DNA from: Clostridia bacterium | GTDB taxonomy: Bacteria; Bacillota; Clostridia; Oscillospirales; CAG-272 | Length of the DNA stretch: 64,000 nt | NCBI GenBank assembly: GCA_017466375.1 | Contig: JAFTUH010000040.1 | Span: 15,069 to 79,068, forward strand | Direction of reading: 5' to 3' | The notes under the pieces: model-generated | Databases searched by the model: none | What the model was told of the DNA's origin: nothing | The model's input: only the letters and a program-made list of their open reading frames with translations | In this document: piece by piece, positions 55,128 to 63,186 of the stretch | Numbering within the stretch: position 1 is the first letter of the stretch | How the letters are laid out: every line of letters starts with the position of its first letter | Position numbers and translations under genes: made by a program

Positions 55128-56315
55128 ATGAATACCACCCTGATATACGGCATTGTCGCGGTGATCTGCTCCGCCCTTTTAGCGTATGCACTCACCCCGC
55201 CGATCCGCGTTCTCGCGTATAAAATCGGTGCTATCGACGTCCCGACAGACGGCAGACGGATGCACACGCGCCCCACACCGCGTCTCGGCGGTCTTGCCAT
55301 TTTCTTCGGATTTGTCGTCACCTCCCTTCTCTTCTGTGAGGTGACTCCCTCTCTCGTTGCGATCTGGATCGGCGGACTGATCCTTTGCACGCTCGGTACG
55401 CTGGATGACATTTTCCGTCTGCACTGGCTTGTGAAAATGACCGTGCAGTTCGCCGTTGCGGGAATTGCGATCTCGCAGGGCGTCCTGATCAATCAGATCA
55501 ACCTCGGCGGATCCTACGTACAACTCGGCGTATGGAGCTATCCGATCACGCTTCTGTGGATCGTCGGGCTTACCAACGCGATCAACCTGATCGACGGTCT
55601 GGACGGTCTCGCCTGCGGTGTTTCCGCCATCAGCTCCCTCTCCATTCTGTGCGTGATGCTTCTTCTCGGCGATGCGGGATCTGCTCTGATCACCGGTATC
55701 CTTGCCGGTGCCTGCATCGGATTTCTGCCGTTCAACCGAAATCCCGCACGCATCTTTATGGGGGATTCGGGTGCTTTGTTCCTCGGTTACACCTTCGCGC
55801 TGATCTCCATTGAAGGCGTGTTCAAGCTGCACACAATTCTCTCCTTTATGATCCCGCTGTCCATTTTCGCGTTTCCGATTCTGGATACGCTCACGGCAAT
55901 CGTCCGCCGTCTTCTGCACGGCAAGAATCCCTTTGCACCGGATCGCAGCCATCTGCATCACAAGCTGATCGACCTCGGCTTCACACAGAAGGAAACGGTC
56001 GGCATCCTGTACGCAATCTGCGGCATCCTCGGTCTCGTGGCAGTCACGTTCACCGAGACGATGTTCCCAAACGAGCGTCTGCTCAAATCCGTCCTGCTGG
56101 CGGCAGCGGCACTGATCATCTTCTGGCTCAACTATATCGTCATGAAAAACCCGTCCACGCGCTATCTCTCCGGCCTTTTTGATCCAAGCGAAATTCCGCC
56201 GGAGCAGATCTCCCCGACAAAAAAAGGAGATCCGGACGAAGAGACGCAGCCAACCGACGAGGCGGCAGAGTCTCCCTATGCCGGAATAAGCACCGATGAA
56301 ACGGACAACAAATAA
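55128..56315 (+). CDS. MraY-family glycosyltransferase 4 (WecA/TagO-like undecaprenyl-phosphate sugar-phosphate transferase)
   Basis: VPTDGRRMHTRPTPRLGG, NAINLIDGLDGLA and NPARIFMGDSGALFLG motifs. RBS GAAAGGA. Confidence 0.9.
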   Translation: MNTTLIYGIVAVICSALLAYALTPPIRVLAYKIGAIDVPTDGRRMHTRPTPRLGGLAIFFGFVVTSLLFCEVTPSLVAIWIGGLILCTLGTLDDIFRLHWLVKMTVQFAVAGIAISQGVLINQINLGGSYVQLGVWSYPITLLWIVGLTNAINLIDGLDGLACGVSAISSLSILCVMLLLGDAGSALITGILAGACIGFLPFNRNPARIFMGDSGALFLGYTFALISIEGVFKLHTILSFMIPLSIFAFPILDTLTAIVRRLLHGKNPFAPDRSHLHHKLIDLGFTQKETVGILYAICGILGLVAVTFTETMFPNERLLKSVLLAAAALIIFWLNYIVMKNPSTRYLSGLFDPSEIPPEQISPTKKGDPDEETQPTDEAAESPYAGISTDETDNK

Positions 56316-57144
56316 CGAAAAGCGATCGGACATCACCGTTTTGCCCATCGTACCCGGCACGCTGATTCTCAGCGGTGTGATGCTGCTTGCGTTTCTGATT
56401 CTGCTGATCGTTCTGAATCTGAACGGTATGATCGATCTGCCCAACTGGATGGAGCGCATGATCGGCACAGCGGAAAACGTGAGCGATCACAGCGACAGCT
56501 TCGGTGAGTCGTTTCTCTCCTCCCTGAACGGTACGGAACAGTCAATTGAATCGGATCCCGTATTTATTGAGACAAACAGCGAGGCCCTCCTCACCGCACT
56601 GATGGAAACGGTGCCTGCACAGTCGTATTATCAGACGTGCACGCTCACCCGCACCAATGCAGAGGGAACATCACGCACGAGACAGCTTTTCCGCCTCGTT
56701 TCCGGCGGGAAGGAGTACACGGAGATTCTCTTCCGCGGGCAGCTCGAACGCGCCGTAACGGTCAATGAGACGGCAGTCCGCATCGCGGAACAGAATGCAT
56801 CACGCGTGTTCCCGCGTACGGCAGATTCCGTGTTTACAGCGGAGAGTGAGATCGGGTTTCCCTCCCTCGCCCGTATGATGCAGATGATTGAAGCGGCTGA
56901 AGACGGCGCATATACGCTCTCAATCAGTGCACCGGAAAGTACGTCGTGCATCCGTGCCGAGTTCACTGATACGCTCAGCGGAATCCGTGAGGTTTTTGAT
57001 ATTCTCCCCGATATCGGCGTGATTTTTGCCGCACAGTCCTACCTGCCCGGCGAAGACGCCCCCTACTACTCGCTGACAACGACATCCCTTTTGACGGACG
57101 TCACAGGATTTGACAACTCCGTCTTTGACATACCCAATTCGTAA
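56296..57144 (+). CDS. membrane-anchored protein of unknown function
   Basis: Basic N-terminus, one TM (LILSGVMLLAFLILLIVL), ~220-aa external domain. Overlaps the 3' end of the preceding gene by 20 nt. The RBS is weak, so the start is uncertain. Confidence 0.55.
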   Translation: MKRTTNNEKRSDITVLPIVPGTLILSGVMLLAFLILLIVLNLNGMIDLPNWMERMIGTAENVSDHSDSFGESFLSSLNGTEQSIESDPVFIETNSEALLTALMETVPAQSYYQTCTLTRTNAEGTSRTRQLFRLVSGGKEYTEILFRGQLERAVTVNETAVRIAEQNASRVFPRTADSVFTAESEIGFPSLARMMQMIEAAEDGAYTLSISAPESTSCIRAEFTDTLSGIREVFDILPDIGVIFAAQSYLPGEDAPYYSLTTTSLLTDVTGFDNSVFDIPNS

Positions 57145-57167
57145 GGAACGTGAAAGGATTTACCGCC

Positions 57168-57686
57168 ATGCCGAAACAGAACACCCGCGAACGGCGCAGA
57201 CTGAATGCCGTCGACTACTTTCTCATCATTGCCGCTATTCTCTGTATTGCCGGCGCCGCACTCCGCGTAGTTATCGGAAATGCGGGAGGATCGCTTTCCT
57301 CGCCGGTCGTGCAGGAGGATTACATTGTATCGTTCAAAATTGAGAACATCCGCCGTACGTCCACGGAGTATCTGACGGAGGGTGAGGAATTCTACATTGA
57401 ATCCACGAAGCAGTACATGGGCAAGATCACCGGCAGCGTAGCCACGTCCCCTGCTCTGTTTTACGTTGAGGACGCAAACGGGAATTACGTTCTGACGGAT
57501 GCTCCCGAAAACGGAGACGCTTCCCGAGAAGACGTCCACGGCACGATGCTCGTCAGCGGATACATGAGCGAGAGCGGATTCCTGCTCGGCGGCTCCACAC
57601 CGATTGCGGCGAACAAAGACCTGACGCTTCGCAGTAAAAATCTGTCCGTAAAGATCATCATCACCGACATCGCCAAGGCATCCTAA
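57168..57686 (+). CDS. DUF4330-like membrane-anchored protein (second copy)
   Basis: RRRLNAVDYFLIIAAILCIAGAAL anchor with the same architecture as 54612..55100. Start placed at ATG 57168, after GAAAGGA. Confidence 0.6.
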   Translation: MPKQNTRERRRLNAVDYFLIIAAILCIAGAALRVVIGNAGGSLSSPVVQEDYIVSFKIENIRRTSTEYLTEGEEFYIESTKQYMGKITGSVATSPALFYVEDANGNYVLTDAPENGDASREDVHGTMLVSGYMSESGFLLGGSTPIAANKDLTLRSKNLSVKIIITDIAKAS

Positions 57687-57726
57687 AAAAACGCCCTCCG
57701 ACGGATTGCTCCGCGGAGGGATTTTT
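57685..57726. terminator. bidirectional terminator
   Basis: CCCTCCG/CGGAGGG stem (57694-57700/57714-57720) flanked by AAAAAAA and ATTTTTG. Sits between convergent genes. Confidence 0.6.
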
Positions 57727-57727
57727 G

Positions 57728-58342
57728 TTACTGCTTTCCTTTCTTTTTCAGCCAAACGGCGAGGATGATCCCACCGATCACGAAAACAGCACCGATCACC
57801 ATAATAACCGCACCGAGGGCGCCGACCGGATTGAACGTCTCCACCTGCGGAAACGCACTCTCGAACGGATTCCCGTAAAAACCCGATCCAAACTCCTGTA
57901 TCATGCTGTCGACACTCGACTCAAACGAGCGCACCATCAAACTTGAGATAACGGTCGCCGCACCGCCTATGAGCAGGAAGAATGCCCCAATCACGGCAGT
58001 ATACACGCCGGCAATCCAACCGAATCGGCGAAGTCCGCGACCGATAAAGCCGGGCGCCCGGTCAAGCCACTTCGGATAGTTCGGTGACTCCTGCTCCGCG
58101 GACGGATTCTCACCCGTCGGCCGTCCTGCCTGTGCCTCCGGTGGCTCCTCCTCTGACAGGAGAAAATCGACCGTCACGCCGAACACCGCCGCCAGCGCCT
58201 TCAACTTTGTGATCTCCGGCTCGGATTCTCCCGTCTCCCATTTGCTGACCGCCTGTCTGGACACGCCGATCTGCTCCGCAAGCTCCTCCTGCGATTTTCC
58301 CGTTTTCTTTCGATAGTAATAAATCTTCTCGGACAGTTTCAT
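57728..58342 (-). CDS. XRE-family HTH regulator fused to a two-TM membrane domain
   Basis: LSEKIYYYRKKTGKSQEELAEQIGVSRQAVSKWETGESEP HTH_3 motif, followed by two hydrophobic helices. Start moved to ATG 58342, preceded by AAAGGAG. Confidence 0.85.
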   Translation of the reverse strand: MKLSEKIYYYRKKTGKSQEELAEQIGVSRQAVSKWETGESEPEITKLKALAAVFGVTVDFLLSEEEPPEAQAGRPTGENPSAEQESPNYPKWLDRAPGFIGRGLRRFGWIAGVYTAVIGAFFLLIGGAATVISSLMVRSFESSVDSMIQEFGSGFYGNPFESAFPQVETFNPVGALGAVIMVIGAVFVIGGIILAVWLKKKGKQ

Positions 58343-58370
58343 ATAAAATCTCCTTTCTGTCAGTACAATC

Positions 58371-58399
58371 AGTATAGCAAAACAGTGCCCGGAACACAA
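58371..58399 (-). promoter_or_regulatory. candidate promoter of the XRE gene
   Basis: Minus strand reads TTGTGT (58399-58394), a 17-nt spacer, then TATACT (58376-58371). Confidence 0.4.
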
Positions 58400-58410
58400 C
58401 CAATTCCGCC

Positions 58411-58438
58411 TTGCAATTCCGCAACCGACAGTTGCAAT
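58411..58438. repeat. two TTGCAAT boxes 21 bp apart (candidate operator)
   Basis: TTGCAAT at 58411-58417 and 58432-58438, with an internal GCAAC/GTTGC inverted repeat between them. Lies just upstream of the -35. Confidence 0.3.
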
Positions 58439-58463
58439 CTCCCAAAATCAGTGTCAGCAAGCG

Positions 58464-58499
58464 AAAAACGCCGCGAATCTGAGATCCGCGGCGTTTTTT
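58464..58499 (-). terminator. rho-independent terminator after ftsH
   Basis: AAAAACGCCGCG/CGCGGCGTTTTT stem (58464-58475/58487-58498), directly after the ftsH stop codon. Confidence 0.7.
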
Positions 58500-58500
58500 A

Positions 58501-60528
58501 TCAGTATTTTACTTCAGGCGGACGCTCATCCTGTGCCTGCTGCTCTTCGCGGCGGCGGCGCTCCTCCTCACGCTTTCTCTCCTGCTCGGCGAGATGCTGG
58601 GCGCGCTTTTCGTTCTCCTCCGCACTGCGGCGGCGTTTCTCCGCGACCATTTCCTCCAGCTCCTCATACGTCACGGGAGCTTCATCCGTCGCGTCCATGG
58701 CGCGGTTGAACTGCTCCTCCTCCATGATCTCGTTCTTCATGAGGAAGCCGGCGATAAAGTGGAGCTTCTCCATCTGCTCCTTGAGAATCTTCTCAGCGGC
58801 AGCATAGCCTTCGGAGATAATCCGCTTGATCTCGGCATCGATATTCGATGCGGTCTGCTCGGAATAGTTGCGCGTGTTGTTGAAATCGCGTCCGAGGAAA
58901 ACCTCGTCACTGCCGGAATCGTGTCCGTACAAAATCGGTCCGAGAAGCTCAGACATACCATACTTCGTGACCATACCGCGGGCAATCGACGTCGCACGCT
59001 GGATATCGTTCGACGCGCCGGTCGAGATATCGTCCATGATAAGCGCCTCCGCCACACGGCCGGCAAGCAGCGTGGTGATCTCGTTCACCATGTCGTTCTT
59101 GGACATATACGAGCGATCCTCCTTCGGGAGGGACAGCGTGTAGCCGCCGGCTCTGCCGCTCGGGATGATCGAGATCTGATGCACGGGATCGTTCTCCTGC
59201 ACCGCGCGCGTGACGATGGCGTGACCTGCCTCGTGATACGCGGTGAGCTTCTTCTCCTTTTCGGAGATAACCTTCGACTTCTTCTGCGGACCGACGATGA
59301 CCTTAATCATCGCCTCCTCGAGATCGTTCATGCCGATCAGAGTCTTACCCTTCCGTGCGGCGAGGAGTGCCGCCTCATTCAGAAGGTTGGAAAGGTCTGC
59401 ACCGGTAAAGCCGACCGTCGTCTTGGCAACGACACGGAGATCGACATCTTTCTCCAGCGGCTTGTTCTTCGCATGGACCTTGAGGATCTCCTCACGTCCC
59501 TTGATGTCGGGATAGTTGACGGTGATCTGTCTGTCAAATCGACCGGGACGGAGCAAAGCGGGGTCGAGAATATCGGGGCGGTTCGTTGCCGCAAGGACGA
59601 TAACGCCGTCGTTCGTACCGAAGCCGTCCATCTCGACGAGCAGCTGGTTGAGGGTCTGCTCTCTCTCATCGTGACCGCCGCCGAGACCTGCGCCTCTGTG
59701 ACGTCCGACCGCGTCGATCTCATCAATAAAGATAATGGACGCGGGGGATTTCTTTGCTGTTTCAAACAGATCACGCACGCGGGATGCGCCGACACCGACG
59801 TACATTTCCACGAAATCGGAACCGGAAATGGAGTAGAACGGCACACCTGCCTCGCCTGCGACAGCCTTGGCAAGAAGCGTTTTACCCGTACCGGGAGGAC
59901 CGACAAGAAGGACACCGTGCGGGATCCGTGCGCCGAGCTTCGTGAAGTACGCGGGATCGCGGAGGAATTCCACGATCTCCTCCAGCTCCGCCTTTTCCTC
60001 ATCCGCACCGGCGACGTCTTTGAAGAGCACCTTATTCTTATCCGACGAGACGAGCTTCGCCTTGGCTCTGCCGAAGGACGCGATCTTCGAGCCCTTACCG
60101 CCGCTCATATTCGCCATAAAGAAAATCCACACAGCGATGAAGAGCACGATGATAATGATATACGGCAGATACGCTACCCACATCGGGATACTCTTCGGTG
60201 CGGGGATATTGTACGATTCGATGATCCCGTTTTCATACTGTTCGAGAACGGTATCGCCAAGCGCCCACAAGAAGAGATCGAGGCTTCTGAGCTCGTACGT
60301 ATAGATTGCCTCGCCCTCCACGCCGTCCAAAACGACGCGAACCGTCATCGTAAGCAGATTATCCTCATCGATGACAAATTCCTTGACCTGCTCATTTTCA
60401 AAATAGGTGATCACATCGCTGAACGTGACCTCCTCCTTCGGGAGGCTCTGGAACAGTGCTGCTGTCCCGAAAATGATCACGCCGATCAGAATGATATAGA
60501 AAATGGCAACCTTAAAGTTTCTTTTCAT
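58501..60528 (-). CDS. ftsH: ATP-dependent zinc metalloprotease FtsH
   Basis: Two N-terminal TM helices, Walker [12 protein letters not shown] region, zinc motif HEAGHAI. Highly charged C-terminal tail. RBS GGAGG. Confidence 0.97.
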   Translation of the reverse strand: MKRNFKVAIFYIILIGVIIFGTAALFQSLPKEEVTFSDVITYFENEQVKEFVIDEDNLLTMTVRVVLDGVEGEAIYTYELRSLDLFLWALGDTVLEQYENGIIESYNIPAPKSIPMWVAYLPYIIIIVLFIAVWIFFMANMSGGKGSKIASFGRAKAKLVSSDKNKVLFKDVAGADEEKAELEEIVEFLRDPAYFTKLGARIPHGVLLVGPPGTGKTLLAKAVAGEAGVPFYSISGSDFVEMYVGVGASRVRDLFETAKKSPASIIFIDEIDAVGRHRGAGLGGGHDEREQTLNQLLVEMDGFGTNDGVIVLAATNRPDILDPALLRPGRFDRQITVNYPDIKGREEILKVHAKNKPLEKDVDLRVVAKTTVGFTGADLSNLLNEAALLAARKGKTLIGMNDLEEAMIKVIVGPQKKSKVISEKEKKLTAYHEAGHAIVTRAVQENDPVHQISIIPSGRAGGYTLSLPKEDRSYMSKNDMVNEITTLLAGRVAEALIMDDISTGASNDIQRATSIARGMVTKYGMSELLGPILYGHDSGSDEVFLGRDFNNTRNYSEQTASNIDAEIKRIISEGYAAAEKILKEQMEKLHFIAGFLMKNEIMEEEQFNRAMDATDEAPVTYEELEEMVAEKRRRSAEENEKRAQHLAEQERKREEERRRREEQQAQDERPPEVKY

Positions 60529-60616
60529 GCAGTCCTCCGAGTCTCATCTGCCCGCCGCACTTTGCGGACAGACGGCAAATTCATGGTAAGCGGATACAGC
60601 CGCTGATTTATCCCGC

Positions 60617-61183
60617 TCAGTTCTTCTCATAAACCTCGCGCTTCAAAATGCCGACGTACGGCAGTGCGCGGTATTTTTCCGCATAGTCAAGTCCATAACC
60701 GACGACGAACTCATCCGGAATGCTTGCGCCTACGTAGTCGGATACAAAATCCACCTCACGGCGGGATGGTTTATCGAGCAGCGTGCACGTTTTCACGCTT
60801 CTCGCGCCGTTAATGCGCAGATACTCCGTAAGGTACGAGAGCGTCTTACCGCTGTCGATGATGTCCTCCACGATCAGAATATTGCACTCGCTGAGATCGG
60901 AACGGCACAGATCCAGATGGATCTTGATACGACCGGTTGTTGTCGTGCCCGCGCCGTACGAAGAGACCTTCATAAAATCGATTTCCACAGGCAGCGTGAT
61001 CTTCTTCATAAGATCTCCCATGAAGACGACGCTTCCCTTCAGAATGCCGAGAAGCACCAGCTTGCCGTCCGCATTTTTGTAATCCTCATCAATTTTTGCC
61101 GCGATCTTCGTAGTAATGCGATCGATCTCCTCAGCGGAAACGAGAATGCGTTCCACATCTGTGTGCATCATAATTTCGCTCAT
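60617..61183 (-). CDS. hpt: hypoxanthine phosphoribosyltransferase
   Basis: PRPP motif ILIVEDIIDSGKTLSYL. Conserved tilS-hpt-ftsH order. Start provisionally ATG 61183, downstream of AAAGGAG. Confidence 0.92.
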   Translation of the reverse strand: MSEIMMHTDVERILVSAEEIDRITTKIAAKIDEDYKNADGKLVLLGILKGSVVFMGDLMKKITLPVEIDFMKVSSYGAGTTTTGRIKIHLDLCRSDLSECNILIVEDIIDSGKTLSYLTEYLRINGARSVKTCTLLDKPSRREVDFVSDYVGASIPDEFVVGYGLDYAEKYRALPYVGILKREVYEKN

Positions 61184-61246
61184 GCCCGTCAGAACTCCTT
61201 TAGTCATACATATATATAGTGCCGCACATCGGGCGGAGTATGCGAT

Positions 61247-62662
61247 TTACAGAAGAAAATATGTGAAGCAAACGTACCCTTCCTGCGAACGGGAGGTGAT
61301 TTTTCCGTCCCGATACGGCAGTCCGGGAATCCACAATACGCCGCCGTCATCGCACACAACGGGCAGCCGCGCACGGTCAGCCGGCGGAATTTTTGCTTCA
61401 TTCAGCATTTTTTTCACGACGCGCGTCATGCCGCCTATGCGGATACTGTCACCGCCGCGGCGGAAACGCACGAGCACTGTACCTTTTATTGTATCAAACG
61501 GTATTGCCGTACGTATAGATAATTTGTAAATATTTTGGCAATCTTCCTCTTTTTCGGGCATTTCTTCCTTCCACGCCCTCTCCATACGGACACCGAAGCC
61601 GTAATGCGGAAACAGATTATCGCCAAGCATCAGCGGAACCTCGAAATCCGGATCCGGCTCAGGAATCTCCGCCCTGCCCTGCTCCATCGTCAGAAGCCGC
61701 CCTGCCACCACGGCAGTGATATCCCCGGGCAGACTGACACGGGAAAAGCCTCCCATGCGGACCGCGCGCATAACATCATGGATATGCTGTGCCGTCAGAT
61801 CGCGTCTGCCGCCTGCCGCATTTTCGTAAAGCAGGATAATCGATCGGGAAAGAAGCGCGTCCGGCTGCGGCTGCAGATGATCCAGCGACACGAATGTCTC
61901 GTTCGCAAGATGACCGAGCGCCGCCTTCGCCATATCGTGCATATATTCCGTGTCCGCACGCAGAGAATCGCACGTTCTCGCGACCGAGAGTGCCGGTTCG
62001 GGCGCAATCTGCCGCATCAGAGGCACGATTTCCTTACGGATAAAATTGCGTGTATACAGCGTATCCTCATTCGTCGAATCGGTGACGTATGGGATCTCCT
62101 CCTGACGGCAATATTCGCGGATCGCCTCCGCAGTACAGCCGAGCAGCGGACGGACAATACACCCGCGCACAGGCGGAATCCCGCAAAGACCATCAAGCGC
62201 CGTCCCCCGTGCCAGACGGAACAGCACCGTCTCCAGATTATCGTCAGCGGAGTGCGCTGTGGCAATCCGCGTCCCCTCCATCTCATCGGCAATGCGATAA
62301 AGGACCTCGTACCGCAGCGTACGCGCCGCTTCCTCAAGCCCGACGGAATGTGCTTCGCTGTAGGCCGGAGCATCCACCTTCTCGAGGCGGAAATCGATAC
62401 CGCGCGCCGCACAGAAATCGGCACAGAACTGCGCGTCCCGATCCGCTTCCTCGCCGCGGATTCCGTGATGCACGTGTACGGCAACAAGCGAAAGCTTCCT
62501 TTCCGCGCAATACGGAACAAGCAGAGTGAGCAATGCCGCAGAATCCGCACCGCCCGAATAAGCGGCAAGCACACGGCGGCAATCGGTCATAGCAGGCTGA
62601 ATCGGCGCGATATCCATCGCCGAGCGAAACGCCTGCTTTGCGGAATGCTGAGACTTGTGCAT
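61247..62662 (-). CDS. tilS: tRNA(Ile)-lysidine synthetase TilS
   Basis: PP-loop AAYSGGADSAAL. Start moved to ATG 62662 (MHKSQHSAK), preceded by GGAGG. Confidence 0.9.
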   Translation of the reverse strand: MHKSQHSAKQAFRSAMDIAPIQPAMTDCRRVLAAYSGGADSAALLTLLVPYCAERKLSLVAVHVHHGIRGEEADRDAQFCADFCAARGIDFRLEKVDAPAYSEAHSVGLEEAARTLRYEVLYRIADEMEGTRIATAHSADDNLETVLFRLARGTALDGLCGIPPVRGCIVRPLLGCTAEAIREYCRQEEIPYVTDSTNEDTLYTRNFIRKEIVPLMRQIAPEPALSVARTCDSLRADTEYMHDMAKAALGHLANETFVSLDHLQPQPDALLSRSIILLYENAAGGRRDLTAQHIHDVMRAVRMGGFSRVSLPGDITAVVAGRLLTMEQGRAEIPEPDPDFEVPLMLGDNLFPHYGFGVRMERAWKEEMPEKEEDCQNIYKLSIRTAIPFDTIKGTVLVRFRRGGDSIRIGGMTRVVKKMLNEAKIPPADRARLPVVCDDGGVLWIPGLPYRDGKITSRSQEGYVCFTYFLL

Positions 62663-62681
62663 ATCGCACCTCCATACAGAT

Positions 62682-62945
62682 TTATACAGATCGAAAAACG
62701 GACTCTTCCAGCGCGCCGCACGCACTGAGGAGCAGAACACTCATCAGAATATGCTCAATCATAGGCGGCACCTGCGAGAGAAGCATCCCCCGCGCCATCG
62801 CCTGCGAGGGGCAAGTCACAATCGTCAGAACGTAAGCAGCTATGTACAACGCATCGATCAGGGCGAGTGCCCAAAACAGATGCGATACGTTGGCAAACAA
62901 ACGGCGAAATGTATTTTTTTCGAAAAGATTCTTTTGTTTTTGCAC
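62682..62945 (-). CDS. small (87 aa) putative two-TM membrane protein, unknown function
   Basis: GTG 62945 preceded by AAAGGAG with a 7-nt spacer. Two hydrophobic segments. Stop is 19 nt before the tilS ATG. No family recognised. Confidence 0.45.
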   Translation of the reverse strand: MQKQKNLFEKNTFRRLFANVSHLFWALALIDALYIAAYVLTIVTCPSQAMARGMLLSQVPPMIEHILMSVLLLSACGALEESVFRSV

Positions 62946-62980
62946 GTTTTTTCTCCTTTCGTGAACGGATCAGTCCATAG

Positions 62981-63011
62981 ACAGTATACCATACACAAAG
63001 GTCATCCGCAA
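62981..63011 (-). promoter_or_regulatory. candidate promoter P1 (extended -10) of the small ORF-tilS-hpt-ftsH operon
   Basis: Minus strand reads TTGCGG (63011-63006), a 17-nt spacer whose last 3 nt are TGG, then TATACT (62988-62983). Copy 1 of the 13-nt repeat ACAGTATACCATA. Confidence 0.45.
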
Positions 63012-63074
63012 GCGGAAAGAGTCGGCAACACAGGACGCCGCCGACAAAAGCGGGAGAAAAAAGCGTACACTGTT

Positions 63075-63105
63075 ACAGTATACCATAATTCCTTATTGAT
63101 TTCAA
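63075..63105 (-). promoter_or_regulatory. candidate promoter P2 (extended -10), duplicate of P1
   Basis: Minus strand reads TTGAAA (63105-63100), a 17-nt spacer whose last 3 nt are TGG, then TATACT (63082-63077). Copy 2 of ACAGTATACCATA. Confidence 0.45.
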
Positions 63106-63140
63106 CAGATATCGGGAAAGATTTTCGCACGCAAACGCAT

Positions 63141-63186
63141 AAAAGCATAAGAAAAAGCGGCCAAAGCCGCTTTTTCTTATGCTTTT
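63141..63186 (-). terminator. long perfect hairpin terminator after the surface protein gene
   Basis: 21-bp perfect stem AAAAGCATAAGAAAAAGCGGC/GCCGCTTTTTCTTATGCTTTT with loop CAAA. It overlaps the TAA stop at 63185-63187. Confidence 0.75.

Noticed and set aside
58594-60606. 670-aa plus-strand ORF
   Set aside because: It is antisense to ftsH, which carries the Walker A and HEAGH motifs. An artefact of GC-rich coding sequence.
63065-63083. Near-palindrome GTACACTGT-T-ACAGTATAC as an SOS/LexA-type box
   Set aside because: It does not match the Firmicute LexA box (GAAC-N4-GTTC) or the CTGT-N8-ACAG type. Half of it is simply the duplicated extended -10 module. It is kept only as a note under the promoter-duplication finding.
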